A stretch of 64,000 nucleotides of DNA from SAR92 clade bacterium (lineage in GTDB: Bacteria; Pseudomonadota; Gammaproteobacteria; Pseudomonadales; Porticoccaceae). This document shows, piece by piece, positions 16,855 through 26,683 of the stretch (positions within the stretch are counted from its first letter, which is position 1; every line of letters begins with the position of its first letter). The translations under genes were made by a program, and so were the position numbers. A model generated the notes under the pieces. That model did no database searches, was not told the origin of the DNA, and was given only the letters and a program-made list of their open reading frames with translations. Location: contig JACNKP010000037.1 in assembly GCA_014381985.1 (NCBI GenBank), forward strand, positions 51,604 to 115,603, in the 5' to 3' direction.

Positions 16855-18684
16855 ATGTTTGGTTTTTTTGAGCGGTTAGTCGACCCCTTTCCGAAACAGT
16901 TAGCTCAGCGTCCACCTCGGGGCGTCTATCAATTTTGCCGTCATTACACCCAAGGAATGGAGCCTTGGCTATTGTTAATGGCGGGATTAACTGCGATCAC
17001 CGCCATTTCCGAAGCTCTTTTGTTTGGTATTTTGGGCCAGGTGGTTGATTGGCTATCGTCAAGAGATCCAGAAAACTTTATGCAGCAGTCTGGCGGTTAC
17101 TTGGTGGCGATGGCTGTTTTTATGCTAGTGCTAATTCCAGTAGCGAACGGGTTGCGCTCTTTAGTTGTTCACCAGACGTTGATGGGTAATTTTCCGATGA
17201 CTGTGCGCTGGATGGCTCATCGATATTTATTGAATCAAAGTTATGGTTTTTTTCAGAATGAATTTAGTGGACGTATTGCGACTAAAGTAATGCAGACATC
17301 GCTTGCCGTCCGTGACACGGTAATGAAGCTCCTTGATGTGATGTTGTTTGTGGTTATTTATATAGCCACAGCATTGGTATTGGTAGCAAATGCCGACCCG
17401 CGCCTTTGTGCGCCTCTGGTCATATGGTTGTGCTTATATGTATGCATACAGCGGTACTTTGTGCCGAAAATGAAAAAAATAGCCATGGTTCAAGCAGATG
17501 CTCGTTCCCTGATGACCGGAAGAATTGTTGATAGCTACACTAATATTGTTACGTTGAAACTATTCTCCCATAACACTAGGGAGTCAGAGTATGTTCGTGA
17601 TGGCATGAGCGAATTTCTTGACACAGTGCATCCGCAGATGCGGTTGGTAACCAAACTTAATATCGCCCTATGGACACTTAACATGCTGTTGGTGTTCTCT
17701 ACTGTGGCACTCGGGATTTATCTTTGGATTGAGGGTGACATTACCCCTGGTGCTATAGCAATTGTAATGAGTTTAGCCATTCGATTAACGGGAATGTCAC
17801 ACTGGATACTTTGGGAAATTAGCAGCCTTTTTGAAAATATAGGTACGGTTCAGGATGGTATTAACACGCTCTCAGTCCCCAGCACGGTGGTAGACAGCGA
17901 TGAGGCCACTACTTTGGATGTGACTGACGGCAAAATCCATTTTGACAATATTGGCTTTGAATATAATCCTGAGGAGACTGTATTTGATAGGTTAAATTTA
18001 GTTATTCCAGCAGGCCAAAAGGTTGGCATTGTCGGGCGCAGTGGTGCTGGAAAATCTAGTTTGGTGAGTTTGCTTTTACGTTTCTATGACATCCAATGTG
18101 GCACCATATCGATTGATGGACAAGATATTAGCCAGGTTAAACAAGAGAGTTTGCGCTCTAATATCGCGATGGTCATTCAAGACAATTCCTTGTTACATCG
18201 TTCGGTTAGAGAAAACATCATGTTTGGTAAACCCGAAGCCACCGAAGAGCAAATGGTTAATGCGGCAACCAAAGCGCAAGCCCATCAATTTATTCTCAAT
18301 TTAAGAGATAGTGAAGGCCGTCGTGGTTACGATGCTCATGTTGGCGAGCGCGGCATTACACTATCGGGAGGGCAGCGTCAGCGCATTGCTATTGCGCGAG
18401 TATTATTAAAAGATGCGCCTATTTTAGTACTAGACGAGGCAACCTCAGCCCTTGATTCAGAGGTCGAAGCGACGATACAACAGAGCCTCTATCAATTAAT
18501 GGAGGGTAAGACGGTTATTGCTATTGCACATCGGCTTTCAACTATCGCTGCAATGGATCGTTTGATTGTGTTTGATGAGGGTAAGATAGTTGAGGAGGGG
18601 ACTCATCAGCAATTGATTGCGCAAAATGGCGTATACACTAAATTATGGGGTCATCAATCTGGCGGCTTTCTTGGGTTTGAGTAG
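16855..18684 (+). CDS. ABC transporter permease/ATP-binding fusion (exporter type)
   Basis: 609 aa. N-terminal six-TM-type domain, Walker A GRSGAGKSS, signature LSGGQRQR and Walker B ILVLDEATS. Confidence 0.85.
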   Translation: MFGFFERLVDPFPKQLAQRPPRGVYQFCRHYTQGMEPWLLLMAGLTAITAISEALLFGILGQVVDWLSSRDPENFMQQSGGYLVAMAVFMLVLIPVANGLRSLVVHQTLMGNFPMTVRWMAHRYLLNQSYGFFQNEFSGRIATKVMQTSLAVRDTVMKLLDVMLFVVIYIATALVLVANADPRLCAPLVIWLCLYVCIQRYFVPKMKKIAMVQADARSLMTGRIVDSYTNIVTLKLFSHNTRESEYVRDGMSEFLDTVHPQMRLVTKLNIALWTLNMLLVFSTVALGIYLWIEGDITPGAIAIVMSLAIRLTGMSHWILWEISSLFENIGTVQDGINTLSVPSTVVDSDEATTLDVTDGKIHFDNIGFEYNPEETVFDRLNLVIPAGQKVGIVGRSGAGKSSLVSLLLRFYDIQCGTISIDGQDISQVKQESLRSNIAMVIQDNSLLHRSVRENIMFGKPEATEEQMVNAATKAQAHQFILNLRDSEGRRGYDAHVGERGITLSGGQRQRIAIARVLLKDAPILVLDEATSALDSEVEATIQQSLYQLMEGKTVIAIAHRLSTIAAMDRLIVFDEGKIVEEGTHQQLIAQNGVYTKLWGHQSGGFLGFE

Positions 18685-18704
18685 AGAGTGGTTAAACTAA
18701 AAAT

Positions 18705-20594
18705 ATGATTTCATTAACAGATATCGAAATGCGTCGCGGTACAAAAGTATTACTTAGTGAGGCAGAACTGACGGTTCATCCGGGCCAACATATTGGTATT
18801 ATTGGTGCTAATGGCAGTGGTAAGTCTAGTTTATTTAAACTCCTTCTTGGAGAGGTAACCCCTGATTCAGGCAATTTTGCTATTCCGTCTCAATGGTGTA
18901 TTGCCCATATGGCCCAAGAGCTTGCTACCTCGGAGCGTAATGTTTTAGATTTCGTGCTCGACGGTGACCCGGTATTACGAAACATTGAACAGATGGTTGA
19001 ACAGGCGCTAGCCAGTGGGGATGACCACAAGTTGGCAGATGCCTATGAAAAAATGGACGGTATTAATGGGTTTGATGCCCACTATCGTGCGGAGCAACTA
19101 CTTCATGGGTTGGGGTTTCATCAATCCGAGGTTGGTCGGCCGGTGAACAGCTTTTCTGGTGGTTGGCGTATTCGTTTGAATTTAGCCCAATCCCTAATGA
19201 GCCCATCTGATTTACTTTTACTTGATGAGCCGACCAATCATCTAGACTTAGATGCAACCCTATGGCTTGAAAGCTGGTTAAAAAGTTACAGCGGCACGCT
19301 GCTGATCATTTCCCATGACCGTGACTTTTTAGATAATGTTGTGTCACGTATTGTGCACATTGAGCATCAAAAATCTATTACCTATAAAGGGAATTACTCA
19401 GCCTTTGAGCGAGTGCGAAGCGAGCGCTTGGCCTTGCAAAAAGCAAGTTACGAAAAACAGCAAAAACGTAAAAAAGATGTCGAGGCCTTTGTCGCTCGCT
19501 TTCGTTATAAGGCGTCTAAAGCCAAACAGGCTCAGAGCCGGTTAAAAGAGTTACAGCGTATGGAAGATATCGCACCTGCTCACGTCGACTCGCCGTTCTA
19601 CTTCAATTTTTCGTCTCCAAAAGAAGCCTACAGTGCTCTGGTTAACCTCAGCATGGCAACTCTTGGACACCAAGGCAAAAAGGTACTAAGTAATGTTAAT
19701 CTTGATTTACAACCCGGCACACGCATTGGATTACTAGGGCCCAATGGGGCAGGCAAGTCGACTTTAATTAGCAGCCTTACTGGTGATCTTGCTCTAATCG
19801 AAGGCGTGCGTGTTTATGGCGATAATGTGCGTATTGGCTATTTTGCCCAACACCAATTAGAAGTATTGGATCTCCAGGCAAGCCCTTTACTGCACATTCA
19901 GCGAATCAGTCCCTCTGCGACTGATCAGGCGATCAGAAACTTCCTGGGTGGTTTTGACTTTCATAATGATAAAGCCTTAAATCCCATTAAGGACTTTTCT
20001 GGGGGTGAAAAAGCGCGCTTAGCATTAGCTTTGATCGTTTGGCAAAAACCCAATTTATTGCTCCTCGATGAGCCGACTAACCACCTCGATATTGAAATGC
20101 GTCATGCCTTAACGATGGCTCTTCAAAATTATGAGGGAGCACTGTTAGTGATATCTCACGATCGCCACTTGTTACGTAATACCGTTGATGAATTTTATTT
20201 AGTTGCCGATGGGACATTGTGCGAATTTGAGGGAGACCTAAAAGATTATCAGGTTTGGTTAAAAAACTTTGTGAGAGATATCAATGCTGAACCTTCGCCA
20301 GTACTTGAGCCAGCAGAAGACAAAAAGGTAGCTCGCCAAAAAGCAGCGCAAAACCGAGAAAGAATAGCGCCAATTACAAAAAAGATTCGTCAGCTTGAAA
20401 CTTTAATGACTCAATTACAGTCTGAACTGGCTCAAATAGAGAATCAGTTGGCGGACGAGGATATTTACAAAGAGGAGAAAAAGACAGAACTTAACAGCTG
20501 CCTTTCAGGCCAGATAGAGATGAAACAAAGGCTGTCTAACTGTGAGGAACAGTGGTTGGAGTATCAAGAGGAGTTAGAGCCGGAAAATAGTTAA
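18705..20594 (+). CDS. ABC-F family ATPase (YheS-like) with a C-terminal coiled coil
   Basis: Two ABC cassettes (GANGSGKSS and GPNGAGKST), no TM domain, a charged linker and a coiled-coil tail. Confidence 0.88.
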   Translation: MISLTDIEMRRGTKVLLSEAELTVHPGQHIGIIGANGSGKSSLFKLLLGEVTPDSGNFAIPSQWCIAHMAQELATSERNVLDFVLDGDPVLRNIEQMVEQALASGDDHKLADAYEKMDGINGFDAHYRAEQLLHGLGFHQSEVGRPVNSFSGGWRIRLNLAQSLMSPSDLLLLDEPTNHLDLDATLWLESWLKSYSGTLLIISHDRDFLDNVVSRIVHIEHQKSITYKGNYSAFERVRSERLALQKASYEKQQKRKKDVEAFVARFRYKASKAKQAQSRLKELQRMEDIAPAHVDSPFYFNFSSPKEAYSALVNLSMATLGHQGKKVLSNVNLDLQPGTRIGLLGPNGAGKSTLISSLTGDLALIEGVRVYGDNVRIGYFAQHQLEVLDLQASPLLHIQRISPSATDQAIRNFLGGFDFHNDKALNPIKDFSGGEKARLALALIVWQKPNLLLLDEPTNHLDIEMRHALTMALQNYEGALLVISHDRHLLRNTVDEFYLVADGTLCEFEGDLKDYQVWLKNFVRDINAEPSPVLEPAEDKKVARQKAAQNRERIAPITKKIRQLETLMTQLQSELAQIENQLADEDIYKEEKKTELNSCLSGQIEMKQRLSNCEEQWLEYQEELEPENS

Positions 20595-20694
20595 TTCAGA
20601 AAAAATATGAAACAGCATAGAAAGCTGTGTTTAGATCACGGGTCAGATGTGAAAAACATGAAATAGCCGAAGAGCCATTTAATAGGTAGGTGTG

Positions 20695-21183
20695 ATGTTT
20701 TATAAGAAATATAAAAAATTAGTAGCACGAGCTTTAGCGACGAATAGGTCTAAATCAGCGCCTGAAAATATGGATGTTATGAGTGCAGGGCAAGCATCTC
20801 AATCTCCACCTCGAGCTATCATTGGCGCTGGTGTGAAGATGCAGGGTCAGATCGTAAGTCGCGAAGATATTGTCGTTGACGGCTTGATTGAGGGTAGCAT
20901 AACCGCGGGAGACCATCAGGTTAGAGTCAGTGATTCAGGGGTAGTCAAAGGCGATATCCATGCTAGCGTGATTTTGGTAGAAGGGTCAGTTAGCGGTGAT
21001 ATTAGCGCCAACCAAAATGTTGTGATTTCAGCGTCGGGAAACATTATCGGTAATATTGAATCACCTAGGGTCACGTTGGAAGACGGCGCTAAGTTCAAAG
21101 GCAGTATCGAAATGGATCCTGATCAGCCCGCGCAAGTCGAATTACTGTCTAGTGTTAACGTACGCCACCTTAAGGCCCGGTAG
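20695..21183 (+). CDS. Bactofilin-family cytoskeletal protein
   Basis: Beta-helical repeats VVDGLIEGSI..VVKGDIHASVILVEGSVSGDISANQNVVISASGNIIGNIESPRVTLEDGAKFKGSIEM. ATG 20695 follows the SD AGGTAGGTG. The N-terminus MFYKKYKK is basic and hydrophobic. Confidence 0.85.
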   Translation: MFYKKYKKLVARALATNRSKSAPENMDVMSAGQASQSPPRAIIGAGVKMQGQIVSREDIVVDGLIEGSITAGDHQVRVSDSGVVKGDIHASVILVEGSVSGDISANQNVVISASGNIIGNIESPRVTLEDGAKFKGSIEMDPDQPAQVELLSSVNVRHLKAR

Positions 21184-21265
21184 AGCTAGGGTGAAAAAAG
21201 CGTCCTAACCATTAATTATTCCTGAGTGTCTAACACTCCCAAGCGCAGTAGAGTAATCATAAGCG

Positions 21266-21871
21266 ATGTCAGTTTTACCAAGTAATTTATTGCCAACAGC
21301 ATTTAAGCGATTAGACCTTGAGAAACGTCTTGTTGTCCTTGATATGGGACATGCTTCATCTTCTACGGTTGGTTTTTTTAGTCATTTCAGGTGCAGGCTC
21401 AGTTTTGTTGATCTACACAATGAACCGTTTATTACCTGCCCAGATTCGGATTTAAGCCATCAAGAATTAGTGGCCAAAATGACTAAGGCCTTAAATTTAG
21501 ATGTAGATATCAAGGTTGATATCTGTTTATTTTGGGACCTTTTTAATTATCTTAGTGACGCTATGATTAAGGCGCTAATAGACGCTCTAGAGCCGCACAT
21601 TAATCATTCAACCAGTGGTTACGTAATTGGCACGCGTGATTCACGCAATCAACTCCCGTTTTGTCGATACGGTATTATTGATAAAAGCAACTTAACTGAA
21701 CATGAAGGTTTAGGCATCCAAGGCACTATTCATCCTCGGTCTCAGCGAGATCTTAATAAGTTAATTGACTACTTTGAAATAGACAGAGGACAATTGCTGT
21801 CTAAAGGCCGGGCAGAATACTTATTGTTTGAAAATAGAGACTCAGATAAAAGCAATAAAAGCATCATTTAA
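21266..21871 (+). CDS. Hypothetical protein, class-I methyltransferase-like layout with a degenerate SAM motif
   Basis: VVLDMGHASSS..FVDL and DICLFWDLFNYLSD..LEPHINHSTSGYVI follow the motif I, post-I and II spacing of Rossmann methyltransferases, but the GxGxG motif is lost. Confidence 0.4.
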   Translation: MSVLPSNLLPTAFKRLDLEKRLVVLDMGHASSSTVGFFSHFRCRLSFVDLHNEPFITCPDSDLSHQELVAKMTKALNLDVDIKVDICLFWDLFNYLSDAMIKALIDALEPHINHSTSGYVIGTRDSRNQLPFCRYGIIDKSNLTEHEGLGIQGTIHPRSQRDLNKLIDYFEIDRGQLLSKGRAEYLLFENRDSDKSNKSII

Positions 21872-21970
21872 AGCCGTGACCACCTCAATCCATTGAAAGA
21901 GTGGTTAATGGGTTCTTTCCTGTTACTCTTCTAGTCGCTAGACTGCATGCTCTAAAAAAAGGAAGGACCT

Positions 21971-22687
21971 ATGAAGCGAGCAATTATTATTGGCGCTAGC
22001 TCAGGCATTGGCTATGAACTTGCCATACAGTTGGCTGCTTTGGGTTATCAATTAGGTTTGATGGCGAGAAGAGAGGCCTGTTTGACTGAGCTTAGCCACT
22101 TATTACCAGGGGATCATTTTGTTCAGACAATCGATCTCATCGACGCAGATGCCGCACGTACTCAACTAGCAGACTTAATTGTTCAGATGGGCGATGTAGA
22201 ATTAATTGTGGTCAATTCGGGTGTGGGTGCCTCCGAGAAGCAACTTGACTGGAATATTGAGAGCGAAATGATTGACGTCAACGTGCGTGGATTTACTGCT
22301 ATGTCGATGGACGCAATGAATTATTTTGTCCAGCGCGGTGGTGGGCACCTTGTAGGAGTTTCGTCGGTCGCAGCACATTTTTCGGGTGGTTTAGCGCTTA
22401 CTTATCATGCTACCAAAGCCTTTGTTTCAAGTTATCTCAACGGCATGCGGTCACGAGCGGCTCGTTCTAGATTGCCCATCACTATTACGACGGTTGAGCC
22501 AGGTTTTATCGATACACCCATGCTAGAGACCAAACCTATGTGGACAGCACCAGTTGAAAAGGCAGTGACTCAGATAGTGAAGGCGATTATCAATAAAAAA
22601 GGTCACGTTTACATAACCAAACGCTGGGTTGTTGTTGCAGGGCTGTTTTATATTCTTCCTAACTGGCTGATTCGTAAGTTTGTTTAG
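21971..22687 (+). CDS. Short-chain dehydrogenase/reductase (SDR)
   Basis: Cofactor motif IIIGASSGIG and catalytic YHATK. Confidence 0.85.
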   Translation: MKRAIIIGASSGIGYELAIQLAALGYQLGLMARREACLTELSHLLPGDHFVQTIDLIDADAARTQLADLIVQMGDVELIVVNSGVGASEKQLDWNIESEMIDVNVRGFTAMSMDAMNYFVQRGGGHLVGVSSVAAHFSGGLALTYHATKAFVSSYLNGMRSRAARSRLPITITTVEPGFIDTPMLETKPMWTAPVEKAVTQIVKAIINKKGHVYITKRWVVVAGLFYILPNWLIRKFV

Positions 22688-22728
22688 CCACTGTTTATTA
22701 AACACATAATGACAGGCTTAAAAATTTA

Positions 22729-23433
22729 ATGATTAGTCGCCGTAAAGGACTTTTTATCGCGGCGGGCAAAGGTGCCGTTGACATGCTGCCATTGAGTCTG
22801 GCGGTACTACCTTGGGCCGTACTTTTCGGTTCTCTAGCGGTACAGCGAGGCTTCAGCTGGGTTGAAGCTCAAATGTTTAGTGCGGTTATTTACGGTGGCG
22901 CGGTTCAGATCGTCACTGTCGAGTTAATGGCTGACGAGGCACCGCTTGTTACCATTTTATTTAGCGCCTTAGTGATCAGCTCACGACATTTTTTGTACGG
23001 CCTGACTCTGCGTGAAAAGCTCAAAGTTAAGCCCCTTAGGTGGCGTTTGGGGCTTGGCTTTTTACTTACAGACGAACTATTTTCTCTGTCTGGTCATCGC
23101 CATGCCTATAAAAATCGGTTTCGTTTGTATTATGCCCTCGGCGCTGGAGGTAGTTTCTATCTGGCGTGGAATGTTTGGACAGCGCTGGGTATCTTCGCAG
23201 GCTCTGCACTTCCAGATTTAACAGACCTTGGCCTCGACTTTGCGATAGCCGCAACCTTTATTGCTTTGGTGGTGCCTGAGATAAAAAATCTTCCCACTTT
23301 TGTTTGTGTCCTAGTGTCGGCGTGTAGCTCTTTAGTTTTCTCTGTGTATGAATTCGACCTAGGGTTAGTCAGCGCCGCTTTGTTGGGCATGGTTGCGGGC
23401 TTTGCCACTCAAAGATGGCGGTTAGAGAAATGA
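22729..23433 (+). CDS. azlC: AzlC-family branched-chain amino acid exporter subunit
   Basis: 234-aa polytopic protein with an AzlC-like pattern, immediately followed by a small AzlD-like partner with an ATGA overlap. Confidence 0.75.
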   Translation: MISRRKGLFIAAGKGAVDMLPLSLAVLPWAVLFGSLAVQRGFSWVEAQMFSAVIYGGAVQIVTVELMADEAPLVTILFSALVISSRHFLYGLTLREKLKVKPLRWRLGLGFLLTDELFSLSGHRHAYKNRFRLYYALGAGGSFYLAWNVWTALGIFAGSALPDLTDLGLDFAIAATFIALVVPEIKNLPTFVCVLVSACSSLVFSVYEFDLGLVSAALLGMVAGFATQRWRLEK

Positions 23434-23741
23434 CATTTATCACGATATTGCTGTTGGCAGCCATCACCTTCACCACCCGCTATTTATTTCTCGAGGGCAG
23501 GCTGCCAGTCCGACTTGGGCCCAACATAAAACAATTACTAAGCTATAGCGCCCCAGCGGTCTTAAGTGCTATCTGCCTACCTATTATTTTTATTCACGAC
23601 CAGCAATTTAACTGGGCTACATCTAACCCTTACCTCTGGGGTGGTGTGGCCGCTACAATCGCCGCCTATAAAACTAGTAACGTTTATTGGACGGTAGGAT
23701 TTGGAGTTTGTGGTTTTGTTTTAAGCGGTAGTTATTTTTAA
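23430..23741 (+). CDS. azlD: AzlD-family small membrane protein
   Basis: About 100 aa. MTFITILLLAAITFTTRYLFL is a typical AzlD N-terminus. ATG 23430 overlaps the azlC stop (the track start is 23415). Confidence 0.7.
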   Translation: MTFITILLLAAITFTTRYLFLEGRLPVRLGPNIKQLLSYSAPAVLSAICLPIIFIHDQQFNWATSNPYLWGGVAATIAAYKTSNVYWTVGFGVCGFVLSGSYF

Positions 23742-24112
23742 CGACTCAGCGGCTATCTAGAATATTGGTGGCTGCGGTGCAGAACTCTCTAGCTGTCTGG
23801 TGTCACTGTAAATTATCGAGATTCAGTCGGCTAAATGCACTGAGTTGGATCCTGAAGCGTGCCATTTTTTCTATAGAGCTCGCATTTTTAAGCAATCATT
23901 GAATGATAAGCGCACTATTACTCAGCTGACGTTGCGTTTATCAACTGAGCCTAATATAAATATTGATTACTCTGCATTGGATGTCTATTTTGTATCAATA
24001 GATAAGGACCCTACACCTCTCCGGTTTATCTAGAACGCCCTAGTCACTAAAGTTTCAGTGTTGAGTCACTTAGATTGTTAAACTTTCGAACAAATTACCT
24101 AGAGTAAAAATT

Positions 24113-25255
24113 ATGATCCCAAGACAGCTATATGATTCTGATCACCAGATGTTCCGTGACTCTGTGCGTAAGTTTCTTGAAACCGAAGCTATGCCACATC
24201 ATGAACAGTGGGAGAAAGATGGTATGGTCAGTGATGAGATCTGGCTAAAAGCGGGCGAGCAGGGTTTTTTGTGCCCAATGGTGCCGGAGGAGTATGGCGG
24301 CGTTGACACAGATTTTCGCTATAACTGCATCGTCAATGAAGAGATTGGCCGCTCTGGCTGTTCTGGTTTGGGCTGGACATTGCACAATGATATTTCAGTG
24401 CCCTATATTGTCCGTTACGGCAATGAAGATCAAAAGAAAAAGTATCTGCCACGCTGTGTCTCTGGTGAGTTGATTACTGCGATAGCTATGACAGAGCCGG
24501 GAACAGGTTCTGATCTACAGGGCATTAAGACTACAGCAGTGCTTGAGGGCGATCATTATATTCTTAATGGTTCTAAGACCTTTATTACTAATGGCCAGAA
24601 AGCAGGCTTAGTGATTGTGGTAGCAAAAACAGATACCAGCGCAGGCTCTAAAGGTATTAGTTTATTTTTGGTGGAGGCGGATCTGCCTGGATTTAGCAGA
24701 GGCAAAAATCTTCAAAAGTTGGGTTTAAAAGCGCAGGATACTTCAGAGCTTTTTTTCCAAGATGTCAAAGTACCTAAAGGGAATCTACTTGGTGAAGAAG
24801 GTCGTGGCTTTATTTATCTGATGCAAGATTTGCCTCAAGAACGTCTGTCCATTGCAGTAGGCGCCGTTGCGAATGCGCAAGCGATAATGGAAGTTACCGT
24901 CAATTACACCAAAGAGCGTAAGGCTTTTGGCACTACTGTGGCATCCTTTCAAAATACTCAGTTTAAGCTGGCTGAATTGGCTGCAGAGGTCACCAGTGCT
25001 GAAGTCTTTTCTGATCGCTGCACCGAACTATTATTAGACGGTAAGCTAGATACGGTAACTGCTTCTAAACTTAAATTATTGACGACTGACCTGCAATGCA
25101 AGGTCGCTGATGAATGTTTGCAGCTTCATGGTGGCTGGGGTTACATGTGGGAATACCCAGTTTGTCGTGCCTTTGCTGATTCGCGTGTGCAACGAATCTA
25201 TGGTGGTAGCAACGAGATCATGAAACTGATTATTTCGCGAGATTTAATGAAGTAA
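24113..25255 (+). CDS. Acyl-CoA dehydrogenase
   Basis: 380 aa with MTEPGTGSDL, the FITNG motif and a C-terminal IYGGSNEIM. Confidence 0.9.
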   Translation: MIPRQLYDSDHQMFRDSVRKFLETEAMPHHEQWEKDGMVSDEIWLKAGEQGFLCPMVPEEYGGVDTDFRYNCIVNEEIGRSGCSGLGWTLHNDISVPYIVRYGNEDQKKKYLPRCVSGELITAIAMTEPGTGSDLQGIKTTAVLEGDHYILNGSKTFITNGQKAGLVIVVAKTDTSAGSKGISLFLVEADLPGFSRGKNLQKLGLKAQDTSELFFQDVKVPKGNLLGEEGRGFIYLMQDLPQERLSIAVGAVANAQAIMEVTVNYTKERKAFGTTVASFQNTQFKLAELAAEVTSAEVFSDRCTELLLDGKLDTVTASKLKLLTTDLQCKVADECLQLHGGWGYMWEYPVCRAFADSRVQRIYGGSNEIMKLIISRDLMK

Positions 25256-25304
25256 GTAGACTAAAAACGAGTAGGGTTTTAACAACTAATTCGCTGTACT
25301 TTAT

Positions 25305-25328
25305 ATGCCCCTTTGCAGGGGCATTTTA
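25305..25328 (+). terminator. Rho-independent terminator after the acyl-CoA dehydrogenase gene
   Basis: 8-bp stem ATGCCCCT/AGGGGCAT, loop TTGC, followed by TTTT. Confidence 0.7.
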
Positions 25329-25341
25329 CTAAAAGGTTTTG

Positions 25342-25917
25342 TTAGGGATTTAGGCGGTCTAATACTTGTTGCAACTGCGCCGAGCTGGGTCGCTGTTTAT
25401 AGTCTTCACCAATATAGAACCACTGCACTACGCCTTGGTCATCGAGCAATATGATGGCCGGGTGGGGTAGTTCTTCATCGCGACGAATGCCATATAAATC
25501 CGTTACTTCGAGATTAGCATCGGACAGAAACTGATAGGGCCGGTCCATTCGATCAGCCACTTTCTGCATACCGCCTGCGTCCTCTGGGCTAATAGCCAGT
25601 ACTTGATAGCCGCGTTTTTCGAGTTCCGGCAACATGCTTTGAATATCTTGTAAATGGCCGATACAGAATGGGCACCAGTGGCCGCGATAGAAAATCATTA
25701 AAACCTTGGTGCCACGCAACTGGGAAAGTTTCACCCAGTCACCATTTAGGGATTGCAGGGTAAAATCGGGTGCTGGCAAACCCACCTTCAGTTTCACACC
25801 GGAGACATCGGTAAACCCATTTTCAGAGGTAATTGCCTGTTGCGGCACAGAGGCATTTTCACAAGCAGCCAGCAGTACAAGCGTGCACAGAATGGTTAAA
25901 TGAGTTTTTATCTGCAC
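25342..25917 (-). CDS. Thioredoxin-fold lipoprotein (AhpC/TSA, TlpA-like)
   Basis: Lipobox LLAAC after the signal peptide and a redox motif WCPFC. Confidence 0.8.
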   Translation of the reverse strand: MQIKTHLTILCTLVLLAACENASVPQQAITSENGFTDVSGVKLKVGLPAPDFTLQSLNGDWVKLSQLRGTKVLMIFYRGHWCPFCIGHLQDIQSMLPELEKRGYQVLAISPEDAGGMQKVADRMDRPYQFLSDANLEVTDLYGIRRDEELPHPAIILLDDQGVVQWFYIGEDYKQRPSSAQLQQVLDRLNP

Positions 25918-25948
25918 GATATTTATCCTTCAGTTGGCTGGTCAATCT

Positions 25949-26683
25949 TCAGTCTTTGTAGGTTGGGTCGATCTTATCGATAATGCGTACTAAAGCTTTA
26001 AACTCCAACTCTCCCGCTGGCCCGCCTACAGACTGCATAGACATGAGTTGTTCGGCTTTGGCTATGATCTCATCCCCTACTGGGATAAGAGCCTTGCCAG
26101 AAGCATCACTTGCGACTTGAACTTCACATGACCTTTGGAGCGCCCACATATTATGAAACGCCTCGGGAATCGACCTGCCGCAAGTTAGCAAACCGTGGTT
26201 ACGGAGTATCAACATGCTTTTGTCCCCGAGATTAGCAATTAACCGGGACTTTTCATCGTCCATAACGGTAATGCCTTCAAAGTCATGGTACGCCACTCGA
26301 TTGTGTAACAGTGCAGAGTAAAAATTGTCATTGCGTAATCCTTCTTGGGAGCAAGCTACCGCCATACCAGCGTTCGTATGAGTGTGAGTAATACACTTTA
26401 CGTCATGCCTTACGCCGTGAATGGCCGTATGAATAATTATTCCTGCAGGGTTCACTGCGTAGTCTGTCTCTTCAACTATATTACCTTGGATATCCACCTT
26501 AACCAGATTAGAGGCTTTGACTTCGCTATAGTGAAGTCCGTAGGGATTGATCAAAAAATGCTCTTGGTCGCCAGGTAGTTTAACCGTAATGTGGTTGTAA
26601 ATAAGTTCGGTCCAACCCATGTAATCGAAAATTCGGTAGCAGGCTGCAAGTTCTACGCGAAGTTGTTGTTCTGTTTTGTCCAT
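25949..26683 (-). CDS. Class II aldolase/adducin-family protein
   Basis: Metal-binding HTHTNAGMAVA region, 244 aa, typical family length and pattern. Confidence 0.85.
   Translation of the reverse strand: MDKTEQQLRVELAACYRIFDYMGWTELIYNHITVKLPGDQEHFLINPYGLHYSEVKASNLVKVDIQGNIVEETDYAVNPAGIIIHTAIHGVRHDVKCITHTHTNAGMAVACSQEGLRNDNFYSALLHNRVAYHDFEGITVMDDEKSRLIANLGDKSMLILRNHGLLTCGRSIPEAFHNMWALQRSCEVQVASDASGKALIPVGDEIIAKAEQLMSMQSVGGPAGELEFKALVRIIDKIDPTYKD

Noticed and set aside
11624-20594. Two ABC-F proteins (EttA and a YheS-like protein) plus an ABC exporter, considered as a possible antibiotic-resistance (ARE) or efflux island.
   Set aside because: EttA and YheS-like ABC-F proteins are conserved housekeeping translation factors in gammaproteobacteria. 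The genes are separated by unrelated core genes, and no mobile-element signatures are present.
23845-24033. A 62-aa ORF in the azlD / acyl-CoA dehydrogenase intergenic region.
   Set aside because: It has a non-ATG start codon (TTG), no SD site, an AT-biased composition and no recognisable motif. It is reported only as part of an unexplained gap.
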